Source: Gemmatimonadaceae bacterium (GTDB lineage: Bacteria > Gemmatimonadota > Gemmatimonadetes > Gemmatimonadales > Gemmatimonadaceae). From it: 64,000 nt of DNA. The translations under genes and the position numbers were made by a program. This document shows positions 10,720 to 20,207 of this stretch, one piece after another. Location: contig JBBDYA010000045.1 in NCBI GenBank assembly GCA_040902005.1, forward strand, positions 90,757 to 154,756, given 5' to 3'. The first letter of the stretch is position 1. Every line of letters begins with the position of its first letter. Below the pieces are notes generated by a model that was not told where the DNA came from, ran no database searches, and was given only the letters and a program-made list of their open reading frames with translations.

Positions 10720-10748
10720 TTGAATTGTCATGATGGGCCCGAGACATT
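10720..10748 (+). promoter_or_regulatory. Putative sigma70 promoter for hutH, leaderless geometry
   Basis: TTGAAT-17 nt-GACATT, 7 nt before ATG 10756. Confidence 0.4.
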
Positions 10749-10755
10749 CCGCCCC

Positions 10756-12258
10756 ATGACAACGCCGGTGGAGCTGGACGGGAACGCGCTGACGATCGAG
10801 GACGTGTTCGCGGTGGCCGTTCAGGGCGCCAAGGTGTCGCTGTCGCCAGCGGCACGCGAGCGCGCGATGGAGCGGCGGCGGGTCGTGGAGTCGCTCGTTG
10901 CCCGCAACGAGGTGGCCTACGGCGTCACTACCGGATTCGGCCGGCTGTCCAACGTCGTGATCCCGCCGGACCGGCTGGCGGAGCTCCAGATCAATCTGGT
11001 CCGCAGCCACGCGGCGGGGATCGGTCAGGCGCTGCCCGTGCATGAAGTGCGCGCGATGATGCTGCTGCGGGCCAACGTGATCGCGAAGGGATTCACGGGG
11101 GCCCGCCCGGCGCTCGCCGAGTTGCTCATCGGCATGCTCAACGCGGGCCTGCACCCCAGCATTCCGGAACAGGGGAGCGTGGGCGCCAGCGGAGATCTCG
11201 CGCCGCTCGCGCATCTCGCGCTGTCGCTCATCGGCGAGGGGGAGTTGCATCATGGCGACCGCACGGGCTCCGCAGCCGACGTGCTGCGCGCGCACTCCCT
11301 CGCGCCGGTGACGCTTGGCCCCAAGGAAGGGATCGTGCTGATCAATGGCACGCAGGCGCACACGGCCACCGCCGCGCTCGCCGTCGTGGACGCGCATCGA
11401 CTGTGGAAGACGGCGCATCTCGCGGGGGCGATGTCGCTGGAGGCGCTCATGGGCACGCCGGTGGCGTTCGACGAGCGCATTCACGCCGTTCGCGGCCAGC
11501 TTGGCCAGGCCGCGTCAGCGGCCGTGCTGCGCGAGCTGCTGGCGGAGAGCGAAATCCGCGAGTCGCACCGCACGAACGACCCGCGGGTGCAGGATCCCTA
11601 CTCGTTGCGCTGCATGCCGCAGGTCCATGGCCCCGTGCTGGACGCGCTCGATTTCGTGGCGTCCATCGTGTCGCGCGAGTTGAACGCCGCCACGGACAAT
11701 CCGCTGGTGTTCGAGGACGGCACGCTGTTGAGCGGAGGCAACTTCCACGGTCAGGCGGTCGGGATGGCCCTCGATTTCCTCGCCATCGCGCTCACCACCC
11801 TTGCCACGATTTCGGAGCGGCGCATCGACCGGCTGGTGAACCCGGATCTCAACGAAGGGCTGCCGCCGTTTCTCTCGACGGACGCTGGCGTGAATTCCGG
11901 CTACATGATGGCGCAGGTGTCCGCCGCGGCGCTCGCGAGCGAGTGCAAGGTGCTCTCCCATCCCGCCACGGTGGATACGATTCCCACGGACGGAAACAAG
12001 GAGGACGTCGTCCCGATGTCGATGGGCGCCGCCTGGAAGCTCCGGCGCGTGGTCCACAACGTGCGCCACGTGCTGGCGATCGAGCTGATGTGTGCGGCGC
12101 AGGGGATCGACTTTCGCGCGCCCCTGAGGCCGGGCAGGGGCGTGGCGCGTGGGCATGCCGCTGTGCGCGCGCTGGTTCCGCCACTGGAACGCGACCGCGT
12201 GTTGTCCGGGGACATCGCCTGTCTTGCGGACGCGATCGCACTCGGACGGTTCAGCTGA
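10756..12258 (+). CDS. hutH: Histidine ammonia-lyase
   Basis: MIO motif [42 protein letters not shown]. Confidence 0.95.
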   Translation: MTTPVELDGNALTIEDVFAVAVQGAKVSLSPAARERAMERRRVVESLVARNEVAYGVTTGFGRLSNVVIPPDRLAELQINLVRSHAAGIGQALPVHEVRAMMLLRANVIAKGFTGARPALAELLIGMLNAGLHPSIPEQGSVGASGDLAPLAHLALSLIGEGELHHGDRTGSAADVLRAHSLAPVTLGPKEGIVLINGTQAHTATAALAVVDAHRLWKTAHLAGAMSLEALMGTPVAFDERIHAVRGQLGQAASAAVLRELLAESEIRESHRTNDPRVQDPYSLRCMPQVHGPVLDALDFVASIVSRELNAATDNPLVFEDGTLLSGGNFHGQAVGMALDFLAIALTTLATISERRIDRLVNPDLNEGLPPFLSTDAGVNSGYMMAQVSAAALASECKVLSHPATVDTIPTDGNKEDVVPMSMGAAWKLRRVVHNVRHVLAIELMCAAQGIDFRAPLRPGRGVARGHAAVRALVPPLERDRVLSGDIACLADAIALGRFS

Positions 12259-12263
12259 ACGCC

Positions 12264-13940
12264 ATGACCGCCACGATGACGGGCGCGGGCGCGCGCCCCG
12301 TGCGCGCCCCGCGGGGCGCATCACTCTCCTGCAAGGGGTGGCAGCAGGAGGCCGCGCTCCGGATGCTCATGAACAATCTCGACCCGGACGTGGCGGAGCG
12401 CCCCGACGACCTCGTGGTCTACGGCGGAACCGGGCGCGCTGCCCGGAGCTGGGAGGCGTTCGACGCCATCGTGGCGTCGCTGCGGGTGCTCGACGCGGAC
12501 GAAACGCTGCTGGTGCAGAGCGGGAAACCGGTGGGCGTGTTTCCGACGCATGCGTCCGCGCCGCGGGTGTTGATCGCGAACAGCAACCTGGTCGGGCGCT
12601 GGGCCACGTGGGACCACTTCCGGGAACTCGAGCGCGCCGGCCTCATGATGTACGGGCAGATGACCGCCGGTTCGTGGATCTACATCGGCTCCCAGGGCAT
12701 TCTCCAGGGCACATACGAGACGTTCGGAGCCGTCGCGCGCCGGGACTTCGACGGCTCGCTGGCCGGTCGCACGGTGCTCACGGCCGGACTGGGAGGCATG
12801 GGTGGCGCGCAACCGCTCGCGGCCACCATGAATGGCGCCGCGTTCCTCGGCATCGACGTGGACGAATCGCGCATCGACAAGCGACTCGCGACGGGATACT
12901 GTGACCGGAAAACGCAGAGCGTCGCCGAAGCGCTGGGCTGGTTGCGTGAAGCGGCGGACGCACGGCGGGCGCTGTCCATCGGCCTGGTGGGCAACGCCGC
13001 CGAGGTGCTGCCGGACCTGGTGCGTCGCGGCTTCACCCCGGACGTGCTCACCGACCAGACGAGCGCGCACGACACGTTACACGGATACGTCCCGGAGGGG
13101 TTGTCGCTGGCCGCCGCCGCCGAGCTGCGCCGGCGTGACCCGGCAGCGTACGAGCGGCGCGCCAACGCGTCGATCGTGCGCCACGTGAAGGCCATGCTCG
13201 ACATGCGCCATCGCGGCGCGGTGACGTTCGACTACGGCAACAACATCCGGACCGTGGCGTTCGACCACGGTGAGCCGAACGCGTTCGACATTCCCGGGTT
13301 CATCCCGGAGTACATCCGCCCGCTGTTCTGTGAGGGGAAGGGACCGTTCCGCTGGGTGGCGTTGTCGGGCGACCCGGCGGATCTCGCACGCACCGATGCA
13401 CTCGTGCTCGAGCTGTTTCCCGACGACGACCACCTGCGGCGGTGGATCGGGCTGGCGCAGCAGCGGATTCATTTCCAGGGGCTGCCAGCGCGCATCTGCT
13501 GGCTGGGACAGGGGGAGCGCGCGCGGTTCGGCGTGGCGCTCAACGATCTGGTGGCACGGGGGGAGCTGTCGGCGCCGATCGTGATCGGGCGGGATCACCT
13601 CGACACGGGGAGCGTCGCGTCGCCGTTTCGCGAAACCGAAAAGATGATGGACGGCAGCGACGCGGTCGCGGACTGGCCGATCCTCAACGCGATGCTCAAT
13701 GTTGCCAGCGGAGCGTCGTGGGTGTCCTTTCATCACGGCGGCGGCGTCGGCATCGGCAACTCGCTGCATGCGGGACAGGTGATCGTCGCCGACGGCACGC
13801 CGGAGATGCGCGTGCGCCTGGAGCGCGTGCTCACCAATGACCCGGGGATTGGCGTGGCGCGGCATGCCGACGCCGGGTATCAGGCCGCGAAGGACACGGC
13901 GCGCCGCGCCGGCATCAAGCTGCCGATGGAGATGGTGTAG
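12264..13940 (+). CDS. hutU: Urocanate hydratase
   Basis: [42 protein letters not shown]; real start ATG 12264 inside ORF 11403..13940. Confidence 0.95.
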   Translation: MTATMTGAGARPVRAPRGASLSCKGWQQEAALRMLMNNLDPDVAERPDDLVVYGGTGRAARSWEAFDAIVASLRVLDADETLLVQSGKPVGVFPTHASAPRVLIANSNLVGRWATWDHFRELERAGLMMYGQMTAGSWIYIGSQGILQGTYETFGAVARRDFDGSLAGRTVLTAGLGGMGGAQPLAATMNGAAFLGIDVDESRIDKRLATGYCDRKTQSVAEALGWLREAADARRALSIGLVGNAAEVLPDLVRRGFTPDVLTDQTSAHDTLHGYVPEGLSLAAAAELRRRDPAAYERRANASIVRHVKAMLDMRHRGAVTFDYGNNIRTVAFDHGEPNAFDIPGFIPEYIRPLFCEGKGPFRWVALSGDPADLARTDALVLELFPDDDHLRRWIGLAQQRIHFQGLPARICWLGQGERARFGVALNDLVARGELSAPIVIGRDHLDTGSVASPFRETEKMMDGSDAVADWPILNAMLNVASGASWVSFHHGGGVGIGNSLHAGQVIVADGTPEMRVRLERVLTNDPGIGVARHADAGYQAAKDTARRAGIKLPMEMV

Positions 13941-13949
13941 ACTCCGCTG

Positions 13950-14921
13950 ATGCTCTCCGCCCGCTTCAAGCCGTACCACATTCCGCTGTTCATTGCGAAG
14001 TACGCCTGGCTCACCACGCGGCGCATGCCCGTGCTGGTGCACTTCGAGGTGACCATGCGGTGCAACGCGCGATGCGACTTCTGCGATTACTGGAAGACGG
14101 ATCCCTCCGCGCGGGCGCAGGAACTGGAGAGCTACGCGGACGCCGCGCGGTTCTTCAATCCGATGCTCGTCACGTTCACGGGCGGCGAGCCGCTCCTGCG
14201 CCGCGACCTCGAGACGCTCGTGAGCGCAGTGAACCGGGCGGTGCGGCTCAAGTACATCCTCGTGCTCACGCACGGCGGGATGCTGTCGCCCGAGCGGGCG
14301 CAGTCGCTCTGGAGCGCCGGCGTGAATCAGTTCAACATCTCGCTCGACTACCTGGATGCGCGCCATGACCGTGCGCGCGGCATTCCGGGCCTGTCGCAAC
14401 GCATCTTTGCGTCGGTGCACGCCATGCGGGCCGCCGGGATCGACAGTATCCGCTTCAACACGGTCATCAAGCGCGATAACCTCGACCAGATCATGCCCAT
14501 CGTGCGGTGCGCGATGGAGCTGGGGTGCGGCGTGAATCTCAGCGTGTACACCGACGCGAAGAACGGCAATCGCGCGCTCCTGATCACGGACGACGAGGGG
14601 CGGCAGGTGAGCGCGCTCGTGGCGGAATTGCTGGCCTTCAAGCGCCGGCGGCGCGGCATCATCACGAATTCGGATTATTACCTCGAGCAACTGCCGCGCT
14701 ACGTGCGCGGCGAGATGACGGAGCCGTGCCAATCGGGCATTCGCACCGTGCACCTGAACCCCGGCGGGCACGTCAAGCGGTGTCCCGATTTCCCGACCGA
14801 TTTTCACTGGCGGGACTTCAAGCGGTACGCCCCCATCGCCTGCAACGCGTGCTACTACGCGTGTCGGGGCGAAGCGCAGGCGCCACTCCAGTGGTCACGG
14901 GTGTCCGATGTCTTCGCGTGA
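13950..14921 (+). CDS. Radical SAM protein with C-terminal Cys cluster (SPASM/twitch-like), function unknown
   Basis: CNARCDFC (CxxxCxxC), TGGEPLL, NISLD; C-terminal PCQSG...KRCP...CNACYYAC. Confidence 0.85.
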   Translation: MLSARFKPYHIPLFIAKYAWLTTRRMPVLVHFEVTMRCNARCDFCDYWKTDPSARAQELESYADAARFFNPMLVTFTGGEPLLRRDLETLVSAVNRAVRLKYILVLTHGGMLSPERAQSLWSAGVNQFNISLDYLDARHDRARGIPGLSQRIFASVHAMRAAGIDSIRFNTVIKRDNLDQIMPIVRCAMELGCGVNLSVYTDAKNGNRALLITDDEGRQVSALVAELLAFKRRRRGIITNSDYYLEQLPRYVRGEMTEPCQSGIRTVHLNPGGHVKRCPDFPTDFHWRDFKRYAPIACNACYYACRGEAQAPLQWSRVSDVFA

Positions 14922-16185
14922 CCTGCTGTTCGTCAACGCGCGCCAGGTGGTCACGTGCGCCGGCGCGGCGCGAGCGCGCCGGGGCGCCGAGATGTCCGAC
15001 CTGGAGGTGCTCGAAAACGCGGCGGTGTTGACCAGGGGCGAAACGATCGTGGCGGTGGGCCTCCGGCGTGACGTTGAGGAGCGCGCGATGAGTGCCGAGC
15101 GTGTCGACTGCGGTGGCGGCGTCCTCGCGCCCGCCCTGGTGGATTCGCACACCCACGCCGTGTTCGGCGCGCCGCGGGCGAACGAGCACGAGATGCGCGC
15201 GGCCGGCATGGATTACATGGCGATCGCGCGCGCAGGCGGAGGCATACACTCGTCGGTGCGCGACGTGCGCGCGCGTGGGGAAGATGAGCTGGTGCGCCTG
15301 GCCCGCGCCCGGGTACGGCGGCTCGCGTCCTATGGGGTCGGCACCATCGAAGTGAAATCCGGGTACGGACTCTCGCTCGAGGACGAGCTGAAGCTGCTGC
15401 GCGTGATCCGCCAGCTGTCGTCCGACGTTCCCGCGCGGCTCGTGCCCACGTTCCTCGGCGCCCACGAGATACCGCTGGAGTATCGCGAGTCATCGGCGCG
15501 GCGGAGCGAGTACATCGCGCTCGTCATCCACGAGATGATTCCCGCCGTAGCACGGGAGCAACTCGCCACCTTCGCCGACGTCTTCTGCGAGACGGGCGTC
15601 TACACGCCGGCGGAGAGCCGCGAGATCCTGCTTGCGGCTCGTGCCGCGGGGCTGCGGCTCAAGCTCCACGCCGACGAGCTCACCTCCAGCGGTGGGGCGG
15701 AACTGGCAGCGGAGCTTGGTGCGGCGTCGGCGGATCACCTCGCGGCGATATCCGACCAGGGCATCGCGGCACTGGCGCGCGCAAACACCGTGGCCACTCT
15801 GCTGCCCTCGACGATGCTGTTTCTCGGCAAGAGCGGGCAGGCCCCCGCGCGCCGCATGATCGAGCGGGGCCTCCCGATCGCGCTCGCGACCGACTTCAAC
15901 CCGGGGACGTCGCCGACGTCGAGCCTTCCGCTCGTGATGACTCTGGGGGTGAGCCAGCTGCGCCTGAGCGCCGCGGAGGCGTTCATCGCGGCGACCGTGA
16001 ATGGCGCCGCGGCACTCGGGATGGCAGACCGCATCGGGCAGATCGCGCCGGGGTTCTCCGCGGACTTTGCGCTCTTCGACATCGGTGACTATCGCGAATT
16101 GCCATACTGGTTTGGGGCGCGCGTCTGTCGCGCGCTGTGGACGCGGGGCAAAGCTTGTGACGTCCATGACTTAGACGTAACTTAA
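14908..16185 (+). CDS. hutI: Imidazolonepropionase
   Basis: DSHTHAVF, EVKSGYGL, DVFCE, LHADEL, ATDFNPGTSP. Confidence 0.95.
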   Translation: MSSRDLLFVNARQVVTCAGAARARRGAEMSDLEVLENAAVLTRGETIVAVGLRRDVEERAMSAERVDCGGGVLAPALVDSHTHAVFGAPRANEHEMRAAGMDYMAIARAGGGIHSSVRDVRARGEDELVRLARARVRRLASYGVGTIEVKSGYGLSLEDELKLLRVIRQLSSDVPARLVPTFLGAHEIPLEYRESSARRSEYIALVIHEMIPAVAREQLATFADVFCETGVYTPAESREILLAARAAGLRLKLHADELTSSGGAELAAELGAASADHLAAISDQGIAALARANTVATLLPSTMLFLGKSGQAPARRMIERGLPIALATDFNPGTSPTSSLPLVMTLGVSQLRLSAAEAFIAATVNGAAALGMADRIGQIAPGFSADFALFDIGDYRELPYWFGARVCRALWTRGKACDVHDLDVT

Positions 16186-16248
16186 GCGCTCGTTTTTCCG
16201 CCCGTCGCAGACGTTCCGCGCCACCTTCAGACGCCGATTCGGACGCTG

Positions 16249-18618
16249 ATGTCCAAGATCGCCACACTCAAAAAGAAGGCCGCAGACCTCGAGAAGAAGT
16301 CGCCGGACAAGGCCGTCACGGTCTACATCGAGCTGCTGGCGGAAATGGAGAAGAGCCCGACCGAGATGGACGTCGCGCTCTTCAATCGCGTGGGCGATCT
16401 CATGGTCAAGCAGGGGAGCGTCGCCGACGCCGTGGATTACTACGAGAAAGCCGTGGACCACTACGTGGATGGCGGGTTCTTCAACAACGCCATTGCCCTG
16501 TGCAACAAGATTCTGCGCAGTTCGCCCGGGCGCGCGACCGTGTACTACAAGCTCGGCAAGATCAGCGCGCACAAGGGATTCAAGGCCGATGCCAAGCAGA
16601 ACTTTCTCGAGTACGCCGACCGGATGCAGAAGTCCGGCAAGCTGGACGAAGCATTCCGCGCGCTCGCTGAATTCGCCGATCTCTGTCCCGACCAGACTGA
16701 CATCCGGTTGATGCTCGCCGATCAGCTGACGAAGGCGGGGAAGAACGACGAAGCGATCGAGCAGCTGCAGGTGCTGCACGAGCAACTGGATGCCGAGGGC
16801 GCGACGGCGGAGGCCGCCGCCGCCGCCGAACGCCTGCACGCCATCGATCCGGATGTTGAGCCGCGAACGGGGGGCGCGGGCCGTGGGTCGCCTGGCAGCG
16901 GCGGCGACGATCTCATCTTCCTCGATCTGAGCGATTCGCCCGCGGCGCAATCACTCCGGCGCAGTGTGGCAAAGCGACAGACGCTCAGCTTGAAGGTGCA
17001 AGTGGACAAGGCGTCGCCGAAGCCCAAGCCCACGCCGCCGCCGCCCCCGGTGGTCAAGGCGCCGGTCACGGTCGAGCCCCCCCCCTCACCCCGCGTGCCC
17101 GAGCCGGCTCCGCTGATCGAGCCTCCCGCCGCTGACCCGCTGGAGGTGAACGCGTCGGTCGACAGCGGCTCCTTGCTCGGCCTCGAGTCCACGTCGTTCG
17201 GGGATTCCTCCGGCACGCTGGACATCAGCGGCGGGCTGGAGATCGAGTCCACATCGTTGCTGGACACACCCGCGGACGCGTCCCCCGAGCCGCCGTCGGT
17301 CGACGACACGTCCGAGGGCGCCACGCTGGACTTCATCATGCCTGGCGATGACGACGTGCCGGGCCGAGGCGACCTGCAACAGGCAGCCGCGTCCGCTGCC
17401 TCCGACCTTCCGCTCATCGAGGAGTCAGTCGACCTGTCCTTTGGCACCTCGGAGCCGGTTGCCGCGGCACCATCGGCGGACCTCGAGTTCGTTGATACGG
17501 CGCTGGATGACATCGCGGCGGCACCGCAACCGGTGCCACCTACCGCGCGCCCGTCCACGCTCATGGCGGCGAAGTCGGTCGAGTTGTTGCAGGCCGTCGT
17601 GGATGGCGATCAAGATGATTGGGGCGCGCATCGCGAACTGGCCGAGGCGCTGCTCGAGACCGGAAACCGCGAGGGCGGCGTGCGCGAACTCGAGATCGCC
17701 ATGCTCGGGTTCGAGCGATCGAGCGACCTCCACTCGGCGATGTCGGTCGCCGACGAGATCGTCCGCGTCGATCCGTCGTCGGTCAAGCATCACCAGAAGC
17801 GGGTGGAGTATGCCTATCGGTCGAACGATCGTCCGCAGCTGGTCGAGGCATATCTGGCGCTCGCTGACGCGCTCTTCCGAAACGGCCAGATCGACAAGTC
17901 GCGGAGCATCTACCAGCGCGTGCTGGAGCTCGCGCCGGGCGACGTGCGCGCCGAGGCGGCGCTCAGCACAATGCCGGCACCGGAGCCCGCCGCGTCAGTC
18001 GTCGATCGCAAGCCGACCGGCTCCAAGCGCCTGGACACGCCCGCGAAGGCGTCCGCGCCCATCGGGAAGCCGACGCCAGTCGGTGACGACTCGTTCGTGA
18101 ATCTCGGGGACTGGCTGCGCGAAGATGAGGGGCCGAAGGACACGCGCATGATCGTGGCCGAGGAGGAGCCGACGGGCAACGAGGAGGCTGACTTCGCGGA
18201 CATGCTCAAGAAGTTCAAGCAGGGAGTGGCCGAGAATGTCGAGGCGGAAGACTACCAGAGCCACTACGATCTGGGCGTCGCGTTCAAGGAGATGGGATTG
18301 GTCGACGAGGCGATCGCCGAATTCCAGAAGGCCCTGCGTGGGCCGACGAATCGTGTGCGCACGTACGAGGCCATCGGCCAGTGCTTCATCGACAAGGAAC
18401 AGCACCAGATGGCGGCAACGATCCTGGGTCGGGCCCTGAGCGAGAAGGGCATCGGCGACGATCAGCTGATTGGCGTCCTGTACCTCCTGGGCCGCGCCAA
18501 CGAGGGGGTGGGCAAGGTGGACGAAGCCCTCGAGTACTATCAGCGGGTGTTTGTGGTGGACATCCAGTTCCACGACGTCGGCGACCGTCTGAACGCCCTG
18601 GAAAAGGCGGCGCGATGA
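16249..18618 (+). CDS. Large TPR protein with acidic Pro-rich linker (SgmX/FimV-like architecture)
   Basis: N-terminal TPRs, low-complexity middle, C-terminal SHYDLGVAFKEMGLVDEAIAEFQKA TPRs. Confidence 0.7.
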   Translation: MSKIATLKKKAADLEKKSPDKAVTVYIELLAEMEKSPTEMDVALFNRVGDLMVKQGSVADAVDYYEKAVDHYVDGGFFNNAIALCNKILRSSPGRATVYYKLGKISAHKGFKADAKQNFLEYADRMQKSGKLDEAFRALAEFADLCPDQTDIRLMLADQLTKAGKNDEAIEQLQVLHEQLDAEGATAEAAAAAERLHAIDPDVEPRTGGAGRGSPGSGGDDLIFLDLSDSPAAQSLRRSVAKRQTLSLKVQVDKASPKPKPTPPPPPVVKAPVTVEPPPSPRVPEPAPLIEPPAADPLEVNASVDSGSLLGLESTSFGDSSGTLDISGGLEIESTSLLDTPADASPEPPSVDDTSEGATLDFIMPGDDDVPGRGDLQQAAASAASDLPLIEESVDLSFGTSEPVAAAPSADLEFVDTALDDIAAAPQPVPPTARPSTLMAAKSVELLQAVVDGDQDDWGAHRELAEALLETGNREGGVRELEIAMLGFERSSDLHSAMSVADEIVRVDPSSVKHHQKRVEYAYRSNDRPQLVEAYLALADALFRNGQIDKSRSIYQRVLELAPGDVRAEAALSTMPAPEPAASVVDRKPTGSKRLDTPAKASAPIGKPTPVGDDSFVNLGDWLREDEGPKDTRMIVAEEEPTGNEEADFADMLKKFKQGVAENVEAEDYQSHYDLGVAFKEMGLVDEAIAEFQKALRGPTNRVRTYEAIGQCFIDKEQHQMAATILGRALSEKGIGDDQLIGVLYLLGRANEGVGKVDEALEYYQRVFVVDIQFHDVGDRLNALEKAAR

Positions 18619-19625
18619 GCGGAGCAGTGGCCTCCGCCCGCCGCACCGCGGATCGCGACGTGACCCTCGCCGGCATTCAGGCGCCGGTGCGTGAGCGACT
18701 CGACCGCGTCCAGCCCGAGTTGCATCGGATCGTCACGCACGAGGTACCGATGATCGAGCAGGTGAGCGGCCACCTGCTGCAGATGCGTGGCAAGATGTTC
18801 CGTCCCACGCTTACGCTGCTGGCGAGCGACGTGGAGGGGCAGGGGCAGAATGCGGCAGTCACCCTGTCGGCGTCGATCGAACTGCTGCATCTGGCCACGC
18901 TGGTGCACGATGACTCGGTGGATCACTCCGTGTTGCGGCGCGGGCTCCCGACGGTGAACGCGATGTTCAGCCATCAGGTGTCCGTCATCATGGGAGATTT
19001 TCTCTACTCCCGCGCGCTCCGCGCAATGGTCGAGTTGAACAGTCTGGAAGTGATGCGGATCCTCACGGAGGTGTCCAACGAGCTGGCGGTCGGTGAGATG
19101 CGGCAGCTGGCCGCGATCGATGTACTGGATTTCGACGAGGCGGGCTATGTCTCCCTGATTCGTTCCAAGACCGGGTCGCTGCTGTCCGCTTCCTGTGAGA
19201 CCGGCGCCCTGTTCGGAGCCATTCAGCATCGCGCGGCGCTTGCCCGCTATGGCGAGCGTTTGGGCCTCGCGTTTCAGATCGTGGACGACCTGCTGGACTA
19301 CACGGCGGACCAGAGCGTGACGGGCAAGCCCTCCGGACTCGATCTGAAGGAGCACAAGGTCACCCTGCCGCTGATCATGGCGTTGCCGCGGCTGAGTGCC
19401 GCCGCGCGGTCCCGGGTGGACGCCCTGTTTGCGGAGGAGCCGTCGGATGCGATGGTGGCGGAGGTCGTCGGGATTGTGACGGAGGCCGGCGGGCTGGAGC
19501 GGGCCCGGCGTCGGGGAGCGCAGTTCGCCGAAGAGGCGGCCGAGGCGTTGTCGAGCCTGCCCGACAGTCCCGTGCGTGCCGCGTTGCGGGATGCAATCGT
19601 CTACGTCATGGACCGGCGGTCCTGA
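18615..19625 (+). CDS. Polyprenyl diphosphate synthase (IspB/HepT-like)
   Basis: GKMFRP, ATLVHDDSVD (FARM), FQIVDDLLD (SARM); ATG 18615 overlaps the upstream stop. Confidence 0.9.
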   Translation: MSGAVASARRTADRDVTLAGIQAPVRERLDRVQPELHRIVTHEVPMIEQVSGHLLQMRGKMFRPTLTLLASDVEGQGQNAAVTLSASIELLHLATLVHDDSVDHSVLRRGLPTVNAMFSHQVSVIMGDFLYSRALRAMVELNSLEVMRILTEVSNELAVGEMRQLAAIDVLDFDEAGYVSLIRSKTGSLLSASCETGALFGAIQHRAALARYGERLGLAFQIVDDLLDYTADQSVTGKPSGLDLKEHKVTLPLIMALPRLSAAARSRVDALFAEEPSDAMVAEVVGIVTEAGGLERARRRGAQFAEEAAEALSSLPDSPVRAALRDAIVYVMDRRS

Positions 19626-19906
19626 TGCCTCCGCGCGGATCAGCCAAGCACCGTCCGGGATTTCACGCCGCTGTCCTGGCGATCGGTTTCGTGGCCGGTG
19701 GCGTACTCACGCAGGTCGCGCGTAGGTTTCTGCCAGCGGGCGCAGTGAAGGAGTTTCTGACGACGGGTCTTACCCCATCGGTTGGCCCGCTGACGATCGA
19801 TCTGCTCATTCTCAAGTTTTCGCTTGGCCCCGTACTGTTCGACGTATCGCTGCTCAGCCTGGTCGGCGTGCTGGTCGCCTATCTCATCGCCCGATCGCTT
19901 TTCTAG
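19625..19906 (+). CDS. Small membrane protein (DUF4321-like)
   Basis: Hydrophobic 93 aa protein with PLTIDLLILKFSLG; overlaps the upstream stop. Confidence 0.6.
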   Translation: MPPRGSAKHRPGFHAAVLAIGFVAGGVLTQVARRFLPAGAVKEFLTTGLTPSVGPLTIDLLILKFSLGPVLFDVSLLSLVGVLVAYLIARSLF

Positions 19907-19914
19907 GAGTGCAT

Positions 19915-20169
19915 ATGCTGGGAAACATTGGACCGATGGAACTGTTCATCATTCTCGTGATCGTGCTGGTGGTGTTCGGCGCGAAGCGCGTTCCCGAGAT
20001 TGGCGCCTCGATCGGCAAGGGTATTCGCGAGTTCAAGCGGAACATCGGTGACATGGATCGGCAGATCCGCGAGCCGGATCGGGACGCCCGGGTGGACCGG
20101 TTGAACACCGGCGAGCCGGCCCGACGCGAGGAAGACACGACGTCCGAGCCGAAGCGGCTGATCCGCTGA
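19915..20169 (+). CDS. tatA: Twin-arginine translocase TatA/TatE
   Basis: IGPMELFIILVIVLVVFGAKRVPEIGASIGKGIREFK; AGGAG RBS at 19905-19909. Confidence 0.92.
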   Translation: MLGNIGPMELFIILVIVLVVFGAKRVPEIGASIGKGIREFKRNIGDMDRQIREPDRDARVDRLNTGEPARREEDTTSEPKRLIR

Positions 20170-20189
20170 ACGACGAGGGCCTTCGTCGT
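20170..20189. terminator. Short hairpin between convergent tatA and the SurA/PpiD-like gene
   Basis: ACGACGA-GGGCCT-TCGTCGT inverted repeat; no clear U-tract. Confidence 0.3.
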
Positions 20190-20207
20190 CACAGCACTGA
20201 CGGTCGC

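Noticed and set aside
11403..12263. N-terminal extensions in the ORF track (hutU, alaS, GDPD, mlaF, wzi-like and others) suggesting fusions
   Set aside because: The extensions overlap upstream genes and look like off-frame translation. Internal starts with coupling or promoter geometry fit better.
13077..14807. Long antisense or alternate-frame ORFs (also 31072-32754, 36939-38399, 57135-58766, 8678-10324)
   Set aside because: They are shadow ORFs overlapping well-supported genes, expected in high-GC DNA, with no recognisable motifs.
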